DNA of 48,277 bases from an uncultured Planctomycetia bacterium (GTDB lineage Bacteria; Omnitrophota; Gorgyraeia; JACOVV01), in contig CAYJQR010000004.1 of the NCBI GenBank assembly GCA_964372345.1, forward strand, positions 1,269-49,545, given 5' to 3'. Under the pieces are notes generated by a model. It searched no databases, had not been told where the DNA came from, and saw nothing but the letters and a program-made list of their open reading frames with translations. The position numbers and the translations under genes were made by a program. Below, piece by piece: positions 25,570 through 35,791 of the stretch. The stretch's first letter is position 1. Each line of letters opens with the position of its first letter.

Positions 25570-26397
25570 TTAACTCCCCACCCTCACACTGGAGAAAATT
25601 TCTTCAAGCAGCGACTTCGCCGACAACACCGCCAGGTAACTTGTTTTTGGGTTCCCGGGGGCGGGGAGGTTCTCCATTCGAAACACCATTTTCCCCGACT
25701 CACCTTCCACTCGAATCTCGTGCATATTCCTGCGTAGCCCTGGAACAGCGATGATCTTTACTTTCCAATCGGCGTCAGGAGCGGCCAATTGCACAGTGGC
25801 CGAAACATTGATATTTTTGGGAAACAAACGGATCGCTTCCGTTGCGTTCCCTTCAAAAAGAACCGTCTCTTTTGAAATCGCCTGCCATTCTTTCTTTCTT
25901 TCTTTCCAGTACGGGGCGTCCGCGAGAGTCTCTGGAGCTTTACGGGTCGTCAAAACGGCCGTATCAATTTTAGAGAGAGCCGCCCCCTTAACAGCATCCA
26001 GTCCTCCGATGGCGCCGCTGGGGATATAAATCCGACAGCCATGCTCCTGTGCCAACGTGATTAAACCCTGATTCCGCGCTAATCCCCCAACGCTCATGAC
26101 CAACAGATCTTTTCCCTTCTGTAATACTTTCTTGGCCACAAGGGGAACGGCTTCAACGCTGGCCGCTTCAACCACCAGGTCGCTTTTGGCGACAAGCTCC
26201 TCCAGAGAAACAACAGACACCGAAGAGAGCGAGAGAGATTTCTCGAGGCGGTTCGACTGAGAGGGGTTAAGGTCGTAAAGAGCCGCAAGTCTGGCTTTAT
26301 TCTTTAAATGGGTATGGATCCAGCCGGCCAGTTCACCGCCGATCGTTCCGCAGCCGACAATACCGATGGAAACCCTGGGACGCTTTCTATTAGGCAA
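25570..26397 (-). CDS. nadX: L-aspartate dehydrogenase (start probably TTG 26397)
   Basis: [38 protein letters not shown]. Confidence 0.92.
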   Translation of the reverse strand: MPNRKRPRVSIGIVGCGTIGGELAGWIHTHLKNKARLAALYDLNPSQSNRLEKSLSLSSVSVVSLEELVAKSDLVVEAASVEAVPLVAKKVLQKGKDLLVMSVGGLARNQGLITLAQEHGCRIYIPSGAIGGLDAVKGAALSKIDTAVLTTRKAPETLADAPYWKERKKEWQAISKETVLFEGNATEAIRLFPKNINVSATVQLAAPDADWKVKIIAVPGLRRNMHEIRVEGESGKMVFRMENLPAPGNPKTSYLAVLSAKSLLEEIFSSVRVGS

Positions 26398-26761
26398 GGA
26401 TTCCCGACTGAATTTTCTGGATGGCATTGCGCTGATCAACAAAAACCACCTTTGGACGATGTTTCCGTGCCGCTGTTTCTTCAATCATCGCGTAAGAAAT
26501 AATGATCACTTTATCGCCCGGCTGGGCCCATCGCGCGGCCGCCCCGTTCATACAGATTGTTCCGTTCCCGCGCTTGCCGGCAATCACATACGTTTCGACG
26601 CGAGCGCCGTTGTTGAGATTAACGATTTGGACTTTTTCATACGTCAGTAAGTCCGCGGCAGACATCAGCGATTCATCAATGGTAATACTCCCCTTGTATT
26701 GAAGGTTCGCTTCGGTTACCGTCGCCGAATGGATTTTCGATTTGCACATGAAACGATACAT
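26390..26761 (-). CDS. panD: Aspartate 1-decarboxylase
   Basis: [13 protein letters not shown] self-cleavage site, ETYVI, NGAAAR. Confidence 0.97.
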   Translation of the reverse strand: MYRFMCKSKIHSATVTEANLQYKGSITIDESLMSAADLLTYEKVQIVNLNNGARVETYVIAGKRGNGTICMNGAAARWAQPGDKVIIISYAMIEETAARKHRPKVVFVDQRNAIQKIQSGILA

Positions 26762-26762
26762 A

Positions 26763-27605
26763 TCACACCATTAAGTTATCGATGAACCGGGTTTTACCGA
26801 CCCAAACAGCCCCTACCAGCAATGTTTTTTCGCGCGTTTTTTTTACCTTCTCTAACGTTTCAGGATCCACCATCTCCAGATAATCGAGTCTGATCCCCGG
26901 CGTTCGTCGAAGGGAATTCTTTAATTCTTTAAGAATCTCCGTCGAGCTCCCAGTCCCAGATAATACCATATCCCGTCCCTGTTGCAAAGCGGAAAATAAC
27001 GCCGGCGCCCGGTTTCGTTGTGACGGCGTCAGATAGAGGTTCCGCGAACTCATCGCCAGGCCGTCCTTCTCTCTCACCGTCGGCAACACTTTGATTTTTA
27101 GACTAAAATTTAATTCCTTTGCCATCTTTCGGACGATGAACGCCTGCTGATAATCCTTCTGCCCGAAGTAAACCGTGTCGGGTTCCACCAGATGAAAGAG
27201 TTTCGTCAGAACCGTCAGGACTCCCCGGAAATGCGCCGGACGGCTCTTTCCCTCCAGAATGTTCGAAAGGGATTCATTAGAGACGAAAGTGGAAAATGGC
27301 CGTGGATACATTTGGCTGTCCGACGGACAGAAAAGATAATCCACCTTTTCCTTTTGAGCAAGATCGAAATCCCTTTTAAAGTCGCGCGGATATTTCCGTA
27401 GGTCCTCGCTCGGAGCGAATTGCGCGGGGTTTACATAAAGGCTCACGATAACGACATTGGCCTCTTTTCTTGCCCGCCTGAATAAAGAGAGATGACCCTC
27501 ATGAAAATAGCCCATCGTTGGGACAAAACCGATGGTTTTGCCTTGCTTTTTGATTCGATGGATCATACACCGCATTGTCTCTAACGAACGAACCACATCA
27601 GTCAC
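26763..27605 (-). CDS. panC: Pantoate-beta-alanine ligase
   Basis: [34 protein letters not shown]. Confidence 0.97.
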   Translation of the reverse strand: MTDVVRSLETMRCMIHRIKKQGKTIGFVPTMGYFHEGHLSLFRRARKEANVVIVSLYVNPAQFAPSEDLRKYPRDFKRDFDLAQKEKVDYLFCPSDSQMYPRPFSTFVSNESLSNILEGKSRPAHFRGVLTVLTKLFHLVEPDTVYFGQKDYQQAFIVRKMAKELNFSLKIKVLPTVREKDGLAMSSRNLYLTPSQRNRAPALFSALQQGRDMVLSGTGSSTEILKELKNSLRRTPGIRLDYLEMVDPETLEKVKKTREKTLLVGAVWVGKTRFIDNLMV

Positions 27606-27697
27606 GAAAATTACCTCCCTAAAAACCCCTGTATTCTAACATATAAAAACCTTGTTTCTCCAGAGGGAATTGTGTTATAGATGTACTAGAATTAACG

Positions 27698-29446
27698 ATG
27701 GAAAAAAGAATAGAGAATCTCCTTTTAACCGTTATACTCTTGACCGCGCTGGGCCTTTCCCTTTTTGGAATCCAGATGGGAGTCCCTTCTCGATGGTATG
27801 TGGACGAAGTCTACGCGACTTCCCTCAGGATTCTTGGAGAGAGGTCGTTGATGCCAGCCCTGACGAGCTCCCTTAATCCAGGAGCTTACCCAATCGCCCT
27901 GGCTGTATTCCAAATTCCCTATCTCCTCATTTTAAAACTCTCCGGTTATCCGATGGAATTGGCCGCGGCATCGGCCAGTCTCTCATGGACCCAAATGGCT
28001 TTGGACTATCCCGGATTAGCTTCAGGAATTATTATCTGGTCTCGGTTGTTTTCCGTTCTGCTGGGAGTGTCCAGCTGTTACATCCTTTATAAGCTCGGAA
28101 AGAGAATGTATCATCCCCGTGTCGGCCTCTATTCGGCTCTAGTCCTGGCAACTTCGATGGATTTTTCCGGCACTAATCACTTTGCCATTCCTACTTCCCT
28201 TGTCAGTTTTCTGACACTGTTTTCTTTCTATTTTGTCGTGGAGTTCTATGATTCCGGATTTAACACCCGTTTTATTAAACTAGCAGCCCTGACAGCGGGT
28301 CTGTGCTTTTCCACAAAATTAAATGGCCTTATCGCTATTTTACCTCTCGGCATCGTCTTGTGGTTTACCGATAGAAGACGATTAATCTTTTTTATCAGGA
28401 CTTCGCTCTGTTATCTTATTCTGGGAGTCATTTTGGGAAACCCGATTGTCTTGATTCATCCGATCGAAAGCTTTAAACGATACGGGTATTTGCTCAATTA
28501 CTATCTCATTGATATTGAACCGGCCACGATGGGACAAATTGAACACTATAATTTTTTTACCAGGGGCCTCGGTTTGGCCAACTATTTGATTCAGATAACG
28601 TATGGAATCGGAATCCCTTACGCGTTACTGGCCTTGGCGGGAATCGCAATTCATTTCTCCAATAGAAAAAACGGCCCGTTCCATCGGTGGTTGCTGGGAC
28701 TTTTTTTGCTCTCCTATTGGTTCATCATCAGTTTAACCCAGTACGGCGTCAATAACGCGCCAGCGAAAGCAAGTGTTCTGTTAACCCCTTTTATAGCCCT
28801 ATTAGCGGGAACGGGACTAGAACAGCTTCTTGGCTCTAAACAATGGGGACAATGGAAATGGCTTAAAGCGGCGCTCGCCGCTTCCGCCCTCTGTTATTCT
28901 TTCTGGTATTGCCTGTCCGCCGATTGGGTATTTATAAAAAAAGACACCCGCTATCAGGTGACACAATGGATTCATGAGAACATCCCCAAGGAGTCCACCG
29001 TCGAATTCCTTTTCGAGATCAATCGGGCCGCCTCGGAAGAACTCTTCAAAAACTACCAAATCCTTCACGCGGGAGTTAACGCCCGGGAATCTAAAGGAAT
29101 CAGTCCTTTTAAGAACATGATGGAAAAATCGGTCTATTACTTTAACCATCGCGAAGCGGGCCCGGAAGGGAAATACTTAGTGCTTACCTTTGACTCTTTT
29201 ACCGACATTCCTATTATTGAAAACGCTCCGCCTGATACTCTCATGGGGAAATGTCCTGTCATTCAGGGTCTTCTAAAAGGCAAATACCCTTACCGGTTGG
29301 CAAAAAAATTCATCCCGTCTAATTATAAAATTGAATCTCGGTGGTTTCCTGGCGTTCTAGTCCCTCTTTCATTCTGGAAAAATCCCATTCCCAACATGGG
29401 GTATATCTCACCCATCGTCTATATCTATGAAAGAACCAGCGCGTGA
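27698..29446 (+). CDS. GT-C fold membrane glycosyltransferase (ArnT/PMT, GT39/GT83-like)
   Basis: First TM followed by VDE, SRLFSVLLG, GLCFSTKLNG, many TM helices and a soluble C-terminal domain. Confidence 0.8.
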   Translation: MEKRIENLLLTVILLTALGLSLFGIQMGVPSRWYVDEVYATSLRILGERSLMPALTSSLNPGAYPIALAVFQIPYLLILKLSGYPMELAAASASLSWTQMALDYPGLASGIIIWSRLFSVLLGVSSCYILYKLGKRMYHPRVGLYSALVLATSMDFSGTNHFAIPTSLVSFLTLFSFYFVVEFYDSGFNTRFIKLAALTAGLCFSTKLNGLIAILPLGIVLWFTDRRRLIFFIRTSLCYLILGVILGNPIVLIHPIESFKRYGYLLNYYLIDIEPATMGQIEHYNFFTRGLGLANYLIQITYGIGIPYALLALAGIAIHFSNRKNGPFHRWLLGLFLLSYWFIISLTQYGVNNAPAKASVLLTPFIALLAGTGLEQLLGSKQWGQWKWLKAALAASALCYSFWYCLSADWVFIKKDTRYQVTQWIHENIPKESTVEFLFEINRAASEELFKNYQILHAGVNARESKGISPFKNMMEKSVYYFNHREAGPEGKYLVLTFDSFTDIPIIENAPPDTLMGKCPVIQGLLKGKYPYRLAKKFIPSNYKIESRWFPGVLVPLSFWKNPIPNMGYISPIVYIYERTSA

Positions 29447-30036
29447 AAGAATATCACGGCGGTAATATTTATAATAAGTATGAAACCAGAAATCCGGTCG
29501 AAAAATTTCTGATGTCTCAGTTCTTCTCAGGCCTTTCCGAGATGGCCGCGGATCTAGAAGGCAGTATTGTTGACATGGGATGCGGTGAAGGATACGTTCT
29601 TAAATTTCTCGGCCATCAACTACAGGGAAACCTTTTTGGGCTAGATCTTTATCCCGGAGTGCTGCAAACTGCCAAGGAAAACAATGACGCAGGCTTCGCG
29701 GCCGCCTCCATTTATCAAACCCCGTTAAAAAATAAAAGCGTGGATGCGGTATTTTGCCTGGAAATTCTAGAGCATTTGGAAGAACCGCAGCGGGCGCTCC
29801 AGGAAATGATCAGAGTCGCGAAGAAACATATTATTTTGTCTGTTCCTTGGGAACCTTTTTGGCGGATTGGAAACATGGTCCGGTTGAAATATCTCTCTGA
29901 CTTTGGAAATACTCCTGGACATCTTCAACATTGGACGGGACGCTCCTTCAAAAAGTTTCTGACACAATTTTCTCCCAAAAACATAGAGATTAAAAGGAGA
30001 GGACTATGGATGATGGCAAAGATCACGCTCAATTAA
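29443..30036 (+). CDS. Class I SAM-dependent methyltransferase
   Basis: VDMGCGEG, CLEILEHLEEP, LSVPWEP. Confidence 0.9.
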   Translation: MKEYHGGNIYNKYETRNPVEKFLMSQFFSGLSEMAADLEGSIVDMGCGEGYVLKFLGHQLQGNLFGLDLYPGVLQTAKENNDAGFAAASIYQTPLKNKSVDAVFCLEILEHLEEPQRALQEMIRVAKKHIILSVPWEPFWRIGNMVRLKYLSDFGNTPGHLQHWTGRSFKKFLTQFSPKNIEIKRRGLWMMAKITLN

Positions 30037-31712
30037 GAGAAACTTACGGCCAAAAAGCATTAGCCCAAATCCCCCGGCTCCTGAGCCAGCAGGACCGCAA
30101 TCCGTTCTCCCCCACTTACGGCTGTTTTTACCGAATCTTCTGGCATGACCGGGCGATTGATTTTCCTTCGGCATTCGCCCAGTTTTCGACGCACGCGCTG
30201 GCATTGGTTTATTCGCGTCCGTTTACCAATAACCCTTTCTACCGGAATTCCAGGATACGCGATTGGACTATCGCCGGGCTCGACTACTGTCTAAAAATCC
30301 AGCACGGCGATGGTTCTTTCGATGAATTCTATCCCAATGAACGGGGCTGGGCGGGGCCAACCGCCTTCTTGATGGTCGCGCTGATATCGAGCTATGAGCT
30401 TTTCCGCGATGAAATGCCGGAATCTTCCATCCAAAAACTCCGAAAAGGGGCCCTGCTCTCGGCCCGCTTCCTCTCCCGATACGAAGAAGAAGGCGTCTTA
30501 TCAAACCACCACGCGCTGGCTGTCCTAGCCCTTTATAAAATCTATCAGCTCCTCAAAGAGGAATGGATTCTCGACGCCGTTAAAAGAAAAATCGAACGGC
30601 TGAAGAGTTTCGCCAGCCGGGAAGGGTGGTTTCTGGAGTACGACGGCGCGGATTTGGGGTATCTGTCCGCCACGGTTAGTTTCTTGGGAAAACTGTTTAA
30701 AGCCGGCTACGAAGACGCTGAGCTCTTTGATTTAACCAGAAAAGCGGTCGAATTCTGCGGTTATTTTATCTACCCGGACAACTCCTTTGGCGGCAACATC
30801 GGGAGCAGACAGACTGTTCATTTCTATCCTCATGGTTTTGAAATCCTAGCCCCCAAAATCCCGTTGGCTGGATCCATCCTTAATCAGGTTCTCCCAGGCA
30901 TTGACCAGGGAAAGATCTTGACTCCTGAATTGCAGGAAGACCGGTATTTTATCTGCCGGCTGCCCGAGTTTCTGGAGGCCTATCTGGATTTCACTCCCAG
31001 ATCCCAATTACTCCCCTCTCTCCCCTACCAAGAGAAAGATTTTAACCGTTATTTCGATGAAGCTGGGATTCAAGTTTTTAAGAGCGGTGATTTTTACGGG
31101 GTCTGCAATTACAAGAAAGGGGGTGTTTTAAAACTTTTTTCGATCTCCGGAAAGAAACTCTTGCACCAAGACTCCGGAATAACAGGGATTTTATCTGACG
31201 GAGCCATGATCACCACCCAATGGATTAACCCCAAAACTAAGATTACGGTTCAAGATAAAAACAAAATCTGCGTTAGGGGCCGCTTTCATCAGATTTCCAA
31301 CCCTTATCTCACTCCGCTCAGGATGATCCTCTTTCGTCTTGTTTTACTTGCCGTCGGCTGGAATCTGAAATGGGCAATATGGCTTAAGGGGCAGATCCGT
31401 AAGAAATCCAGTCTGGGAACCAAGGAAATCCCCATCGAGTTCCAGAGAACGGTTTCATTTTCCGGGACCGAACTGAAGATTGACGATCAAGTCAGGCTTT
31501 TAGGGAACCGGATCCCCCAGCGGATGAAAATCGGGGGAGAGTTCCTCCTTCGTTACGTCCCGCAGTCACGATATTTCATGCCCCATGATTTGGAAGATTC
31601 CGGTCTGGAATTAACCGCGCGGGAACTCGACCAATTAAAGATTCAAGGCAGGCTGGTTCTTTCAAAAATAATCCAATTCAGCGAAGCAGTCGTTCCGGAG
31701 CAATTTCCCTAA
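30006..31712 (+). CDS. Hypothetical protein, probable alpha/alpha-toroid (heparinase II/III-like architecture)
   Basis: QHGDGSFDE, SNHHALA and EGWFLEYDGAD motifs, beta-rich C-terminus. Family assignment is tentative. Confidence 0.55.
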   Translation: MDDGKDHAQLRETYGQKALAQIPRLLSQQDRNPFSPTYGCFYRIFWHDRAIDFPSAFAQFSTHALALVYSRPFTNNPFYRNSRIRDWTIAGLDYCLKIQHGDGSFDEFYPNERGWAGPTAFLMVALISSYELFRDEMPESSIQKLRKGALLSARFLSRYEEEGVLSNHHALAVLALYKIYQLLKEEWILDAVKRKIERLKSFASREGWFLEYDGADLGYLSATVSFLGKLFKAGYEDAELFDLTRKAVEFCGYFIYPDNSFGGNIGSRQTVHFYPHGFEILAPKIPLAGSILNQVLPGIDQGKILTPELQEDRYFICRLPEFLEAYLDFTPRSQLLPSLPYQEKDFNRYFDEAGIQVFKSGDFYGVCNYKKGGVLKLFSISGKKLLHQDSGITGILSDGAMITTQWINPKTKITVQDKNKICVRGRFHQISNPYLTPLRMILFRLVLLAVGWNLKWAIWLKGQIRKKSSLGTKEIPIEFQRTVSFSGTELKIDDQVRLLGNRIPQRMKIGGEFLLRYVPQSRYFMPHDLEDSGLELTARELDQLKIQGRLVLSKIIQFSEAVVPEQFP

Positions 31713-32094
31713 GAGGGATTTTCACGAACTCGCGCTCTTGGATTCTTGGATGCGGGATTTGAAGATCATTCTCAAAAATCTTTTGTTGGCCAAAGAAGAG
31801 AATGTCTAAATCGATTTCTCTGGGCCCGTAACGAACCCGTTGTTTCCGCCCAACTTTTTTTTCAATCTCTCTCAAGCGGATCAGAAATTCCCCGGGCAAA
31901 AGAGATGTCTCTAATTTTATGGCCCCATTGAGGAATTTCCCCTGCGGCGGCCCTCCGACCGGGTCGGTTTCATAAAGAGAAGAAATCTTTTTGACATAGA
32001 CGCCGGAGGTTTCGCGAAGGTATTGAATCGCTGATTGGATATATTTTTTCCGGTTGCCGAGATTAGAACCAACACCTAAATAAACAGTCTCCAT
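31678..32094 (-). CDS. folK: 2-amino-4-hydroxy-6-hydroxymethyldihydropteridine pyrophosphokinase
   Basis: YLGVGSNLG, GPREIDLDIL, IPHPRIQEREFV. Confidence 0.97.
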   Translation of the reverse strand: METVYLGVGSNLGNRKKYIQSAIQYLRETSGVYVKKISSLYETDPVGGPPQGKFLNGAIKLETSLLPGEFLIRLREIEKKVGRKQRVRYGPREIDLDILFFGQQKIFENDLQIPHPRIQEREFVKIPLREIAPERLLR

Positions 32095-32098
32095 TGGA

Positions 32099-33268
32099 TC
32101 AAACCTGAAATGACTTTAAACGAGAAAGAGCAGCCCTGATCCTCTCAACAGGAACCGTTAAAGCAAAACGGACATAGCCCTCTCCTGACGGGCCAAACCC
32201 AATTCCGGGGGTCACAACAATATGGCGCTTCTCCAATAATTCCCTGGCAAAAGGGGCCGATTTCTTGCCTTGAGGAACCGGAGTCCACAGATAGAAAGTG
32301 GACTTGGGAGGCGTGACCTTCCATCCTATCTTCAGAAGCCCTTCACAAAGCAGATCTCTCCGCTCCTGATAAATCCGGTGGGTTTCGATTAAAAAACTAT
32401 TCCCGAGTTTAAGCGCCGCGATACCGGCTAATTGAACGGCTTGAAAAACGCCGGAGTCAATATTGGATTTTACAATCCCTATCCCCTCGACGATCTTTGG
32501 ATGGCCGCAAACCCATCCTAACCGCCAGCCGGTCATGTTATAAGTTTTTGAGAGCGAATGGAATTCGACCCCGACCTCCTTCGCCCCTTTTAGTTGCAGA
32601 AAACTGGGAGCGTTGTACCCATCGTAGGAGACTTCTGAGTAAGCGTTATCGTAGCAGACGATGATCCGGCGCTTCTTGGCAAAGTGAATCACTTCTTCCA
32701 AGAACTCCAAAGGGGCCGCCGCGCCGGTCGGATTGTTGGGATAATTCAGGAAAAGGATTTTTGCCTTCCTTAAGACTGACGACGGGATTGGGTCCAAATC
32801 AGGCAGAAAATGGTTCTCTTTTAATAACGGCAGAAGATAACTCTTCCCTCCCGCGAAAAGAGTGCCTCCCCGATACGGCGGATAACAAGGGTCGGGGACA
32901 AGAGCGACGTCGCCAGGATTCAGAAACGCGAACGGAGCGTGAGCGATTCCCTCTTTGGACCCGATCAAGGAATGGATTTCAGTCTCGGGTGACAGCAGAA
33001 CGCCAAAACGTCTTTCATACCAATGGGCAATCTCTTTCCTCAGGAGTTCCAGCCCACGCGTCGTCGGATAACGATGGTTGGCGGCGCCCAAAGCTCCCTG
33101 ATACAGTGCCTCGATGATTGGCCTTGGCGTCGGGAGATCCGGGTCCCCCACGCCGAAATCAATGACATCTTTTCCCTCGGCAACCGCTTTCTTCTTCGCC
33201 GCGTCAATCTGCGCGAAGAGGTAGGGGGGAAGCTGTTGAATTCTTTTGGCGTAGGTGACTTTTAGCAT
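32099..33268 (-). CDS. dapL: LL-diaminopimelate aminotransferase
   Basis: Class I PLP aminotransferase (NYPNNPTG, SLSKTYNMTGWR), LPPYLF and KSNIDSG motifs, located in the dap cluster. Confidence 0.88.
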   Translation of the reverse strand: MLKVTYAKRIQQLPPYLFAQIDAAKKKAVAEGKDVIDFGVGDPDLPTPRPIIEALYQGALGAANHRYPTTRGLELLRKEIAHWYERRFGVLLSPETEIHSLIGSKEGIAHAPFAFLNPGDVALVPDPCYPPYRGGTLFAGGKSYLLPLLKENHFLPDLDPIPSSVLRKAKILFLNYPNNPTGAAAPLEFLEEVIHFAKKRRIIVCYDNAYSEVSYDGYNAPSFLQLKGAKEVGVEFHSLSKTYNMTGWRLGWVCGHPKIVEGIGIVKSNIDSGVFQAVQLAGIAALKLGNSFLIETHRIYQERRDLLCEGLLKIGWKVTPPKSTFYLWTPVPQGKKSAPFARELLEKRHIVVTPGIGFGPSGEGYVRFALTVPVERIRAALSRLKSFQV

Positions 33269-33993
33269 AAAGTGAGAACATCCTTCATTGCATAGAGCCC
33301 CGGCTTCTGCTTGGCCACAAACTTTGCCGCCCGCAATGCTCCCAGAGCAAACGTATCACGGTTGTCGGCTGTGTGCGTTAATTCTATCCTCTCTTGACTC
33401 CCTATAAAAGTGACCGTGTGAATCCCTACCACTTCTCCCTCTCTAATCGAATGGATTGGAATTTGTTCAACTTTTTTCTTGAGCGTCTCGGCGATAACTT
33501 CGGCTAACTTCTTCGCCGTGCCGCTGGGGGCGTCTTTTTTATGGACATGATGTGTTTCTGTAATTTCAATCTTGTATTCCCGCCCTATTTTTTTTGTGAC
33601 GTCTCTGATCATTTCAAAAAATTGATTCACTCCCACACTCATGTTCGGAGACAAAAGGAGCGGAATAACATTGGACGCTTTGTGAATCTCTTCCATTTGC
33701 TGATCCGCAAACCCTGTCGTGCCGATCACGACGGCCTTTCCGGCTTTCACGGCTTGCCGCAAGTGCGCCAGGGTTGCCTCCGGCGCCGTGAAATCAATGA
33801 GAACGTCTCCCTTAGCCAGGAGCGGGTCAAGATCATCCGTCACCTTGATCCTTGAGAATATTTCCTTCCCGATTTCCGGCTTGCCTGCGGCTTCCAACGC
33901 TCCGACGATCCTGAAATTAGGATCGTTTTGAGCAAGAGCCAGAATCCGGCTCCCCATCCTGCCGCACGCGCCGCTGACGATGAGGTGAATCAT
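33262..33993 (-). CDS. dapB: 4-hydroxy-tetrahydrodipicolinate reductase
   Basis: GACGRMG, IGTTG, ETHHVHKKDAPSGTA. Confidence 0.97.
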   Translation of the reverse strand: MIHLIVSGACGRMGSRILALAQNDPNFRIVGALEAAGKPEIGKEIFSRIKVTDDLDPLLAKGDVLIDFTAPEATLAHLRQAVKAGKAVVIGTTGFADQQMEEIHKASNVIPLLLSPNMSVGVNQFFEMIRDVTKKIGREYKIEITETHHVHKKDAPSGTAKKLAEVIAETLKKKVEQIPIHSIREGEVVGIHTVTFIGSQERIELTHTADNRDTFALGALRAAKFVAKQKPGLYAMKDVLTLC

Positions 33994-34856
33994 ATGAGTT
34001 TGTATTCCTTTAGCACTTTCTTCAACTTCGCCTCATTCTCCGCCTGCATCGGGCAGAGCGGCAGACGAAGCTCCAGTTGAATCTCCCCCATCAAGGAGAG
34101 TGCCGTTTTGACAGGAATCGGGTTTGTCTCCACAAACAGAATCTGCGATAGCGGCAGAAGATAGTAATGTAACTTCTGCGCTTCTTTTGTATTTCCTTTG
34201 AGAAACTCACTCACCATTCGAGTTGTCTCCTTCGGCAATAAATGCGCCACGACGGAGATCACCCCTTCGGCACCGAGCGCCAGTAATGGAAGTGTCAGTG
34301 AATCATCCCCGCTTAAAACAGTGATATCACAGAGCTGTCGGATCTGACTGGTCTGATCCATAGAGCCAGTTGACTCCTTGATTGCCACGATATTTGGAAT
34401 TTTAGACAGTCGAGCAACCGTGGCTGGTGCCATATTGACTCCTGTCCTGCCAGGAATGTTGTAAAGAACAATCGGGATATCTACACTCTTTGCCACTTTT
34501 TCAAAATGCTGGTATTGCCCCTCCGCCGTCGGCTTGTTGTAATAAGGAGTAATCAATAAAGCGCCATCCGCCCCCGCCTTCTTGGCGTGGCGCGTCAAAC
34601 CGACCGCCTCCTCCGTTGAATTGGAACCTGTTCCGGCGATGACAAGCGAGCGCCTTTTCGCCTGTTCCACCACGATTGAAATGATCGTCTTCTGTTCCTC
34701 ATGGCTCAGCGTCGCCGCTTCTCCGGTGCTCCCGCAGGGAACTAATCCTTCGACTCCTTCGCCGATCAGGAAATCAACCTGCCGGCGGAGTCTTTTCTCA
34801 TCCACCTTGCCATGATGGAACGGCGTCACCATCGCTACAAAAGTTCCTTTAAACAT
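33990..34856 (-). CDS. dapA: 4-hydroxy-tetrahydrodipicolinate synthase
   Basis: GSTGE, PYYNKP, YNIPGRT, AIKES, SGDD. Confidence 0.97.
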   Translation of the reverse strand: MFKGTFVAMVTPFHHGKVDEKRLRRQVDFLIGEGVEGLVPCGSTGEAATLSHEEQKTIISIVVEQAKRRSLVIAGTGSNSTEEAVGLTRHAKKAGADGALLITPYYNKPTAEGQYQHFEKVAKSVDIPIVLYNIPGRTGVNMAPATVARLSKIPNIVAIKESTGSMDQTSQIRQLCDITVLSGDDSLTLPLLALGAEGVISVVAHLLPKETTRMVSEFLKGNTKEAQKLHYYLLPLSQILFVETNPIPVKTALSLMGEIQLELRLPLCPMQAENEAKLKKVLKEYKLI

Positions 34857-35757
34857 TTTCGATTTCTCCTTTAAAAATTATTTTCACGGCCCCTTCCAGC
34901 CACACCTTTGTTATTATATTTTTCTCTCTGACAAAATCAACCAACAAAACCTCACCCCCCCGCGTAGAAACTTCAACGGGTGACGTCACTTTTCCCTGCT
35001 GAGCCGCTACTAACGCCGCGGCGCTCGCCCCTGTCCCACAGGCGAGTGTTTCTCCTTCTACTCCCCGTTCATAGGTGCGCACGGCGATCCTGCGGCGGCT
35101 GTCGCAATGAACAAAGTTAACGTTGGTCCCGTGAGGGGCAAAGTCGCGATGACGCCGAATCCACTCCCCTAACTCCGCCACGTCAATCTGTTCCAAATGA
35201 TTGACAAAGAATACCGCGTGAGGGACGCCGGTATTGATAAAACCTCCCTCTAAGACAATCTCCTCTTCGCCTCGTGGCGCTCGCCTCTCGGCGAAGCCGA
35301 GGGAAGCCACGGGCTTTTGGAAACGGATCGGCAGTTTCCATCCTTTCGGAGGAGAAAGATTGACTCGGACCCACCCCTTTTTTTTAACCTCCGCGTCCAA
35401 AACCCCCGCCATCGTCTCTACGTTCATCCGGCGGGGAGCGATCCGCTGTTGAAAAGCATAATCGGCAATACAACGGATCCCATTGCCGCACATTTCCGCT
35501 TCGCTGCCGTCTGGATTAAAAATCCGCATCCGGAAGTCGGCTTTGGTTTTGGGTCGGGCTTTTTCAAGAAACAGAACCCCGTCCGCGCCAATGCCATTGT
35601 GACGGTGGCAGAGCCGTTGGGCAAGGATTTCGTAGGGGCGGGCCCCCGTACCCGCCCTGATAGAGGACAACCACAGGGGGTTGCCCCTACTGTTGTCGAT
35701 CACAATAAAATCATTCCCTGTTCCGGCCATTTTTGTGAACTTTATTTTACTTCTCAC
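34849..35757 (-). CDS. dapF: Diaminopimelate epimerase, carrying two in-frame palindromic inserts
   Basis: GTGNDF, GIGADG, EMCGNG, ERGVEGETLACGTG. Confidence 0.96.
   Translation of the reverse strand: MRSKIKFTKMAGTGNDFIVIDNSRGNPLWLSSIRAGTGARPYEILAQRLCHRHNGIGADGVLFLEKARPKTKADFRMRIFNPDGSEAEMCGNGIRCIADYAFQQRIAPRRMNVETMAGVLDAEVKKKGWVRVNLSPPKGWKLPIRFQKPVASLGFAERRAPRGEEEIVLEGGFINTGVPHAVFFVNHLEQIDVAELGEWIRRHRDFAPHGTNVNFVHCDSRRRIAVRTYERGVEGETLACGTGASAAALVAAQQGKVTSPVEVSTRGGEVLLVDFVREKNIITKVWLEGAVKIIFKGEIENV
35267..35313. repeat. 47-nt form of the nested palindromic element, inside dapF
   Basis: tcgcctcgtggcgctcgcctctcggcgaagccgagggaagccacggg, encoding PVASLGFAERRAPRGE. Confidence 0.85.
35632..35690. 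repeat. REPIN-like doublet (two inverted GTAGGGGC palindromes) inside dapF
   Basis: gtaggggcgggcccccgtacccgccc...ggacaaccacagggggttgcccctac. Confidence 0.8.
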
Positions 35758-35791
35758 TTCTCATCATCCCTTTCTGTCATGACAAACCCAA

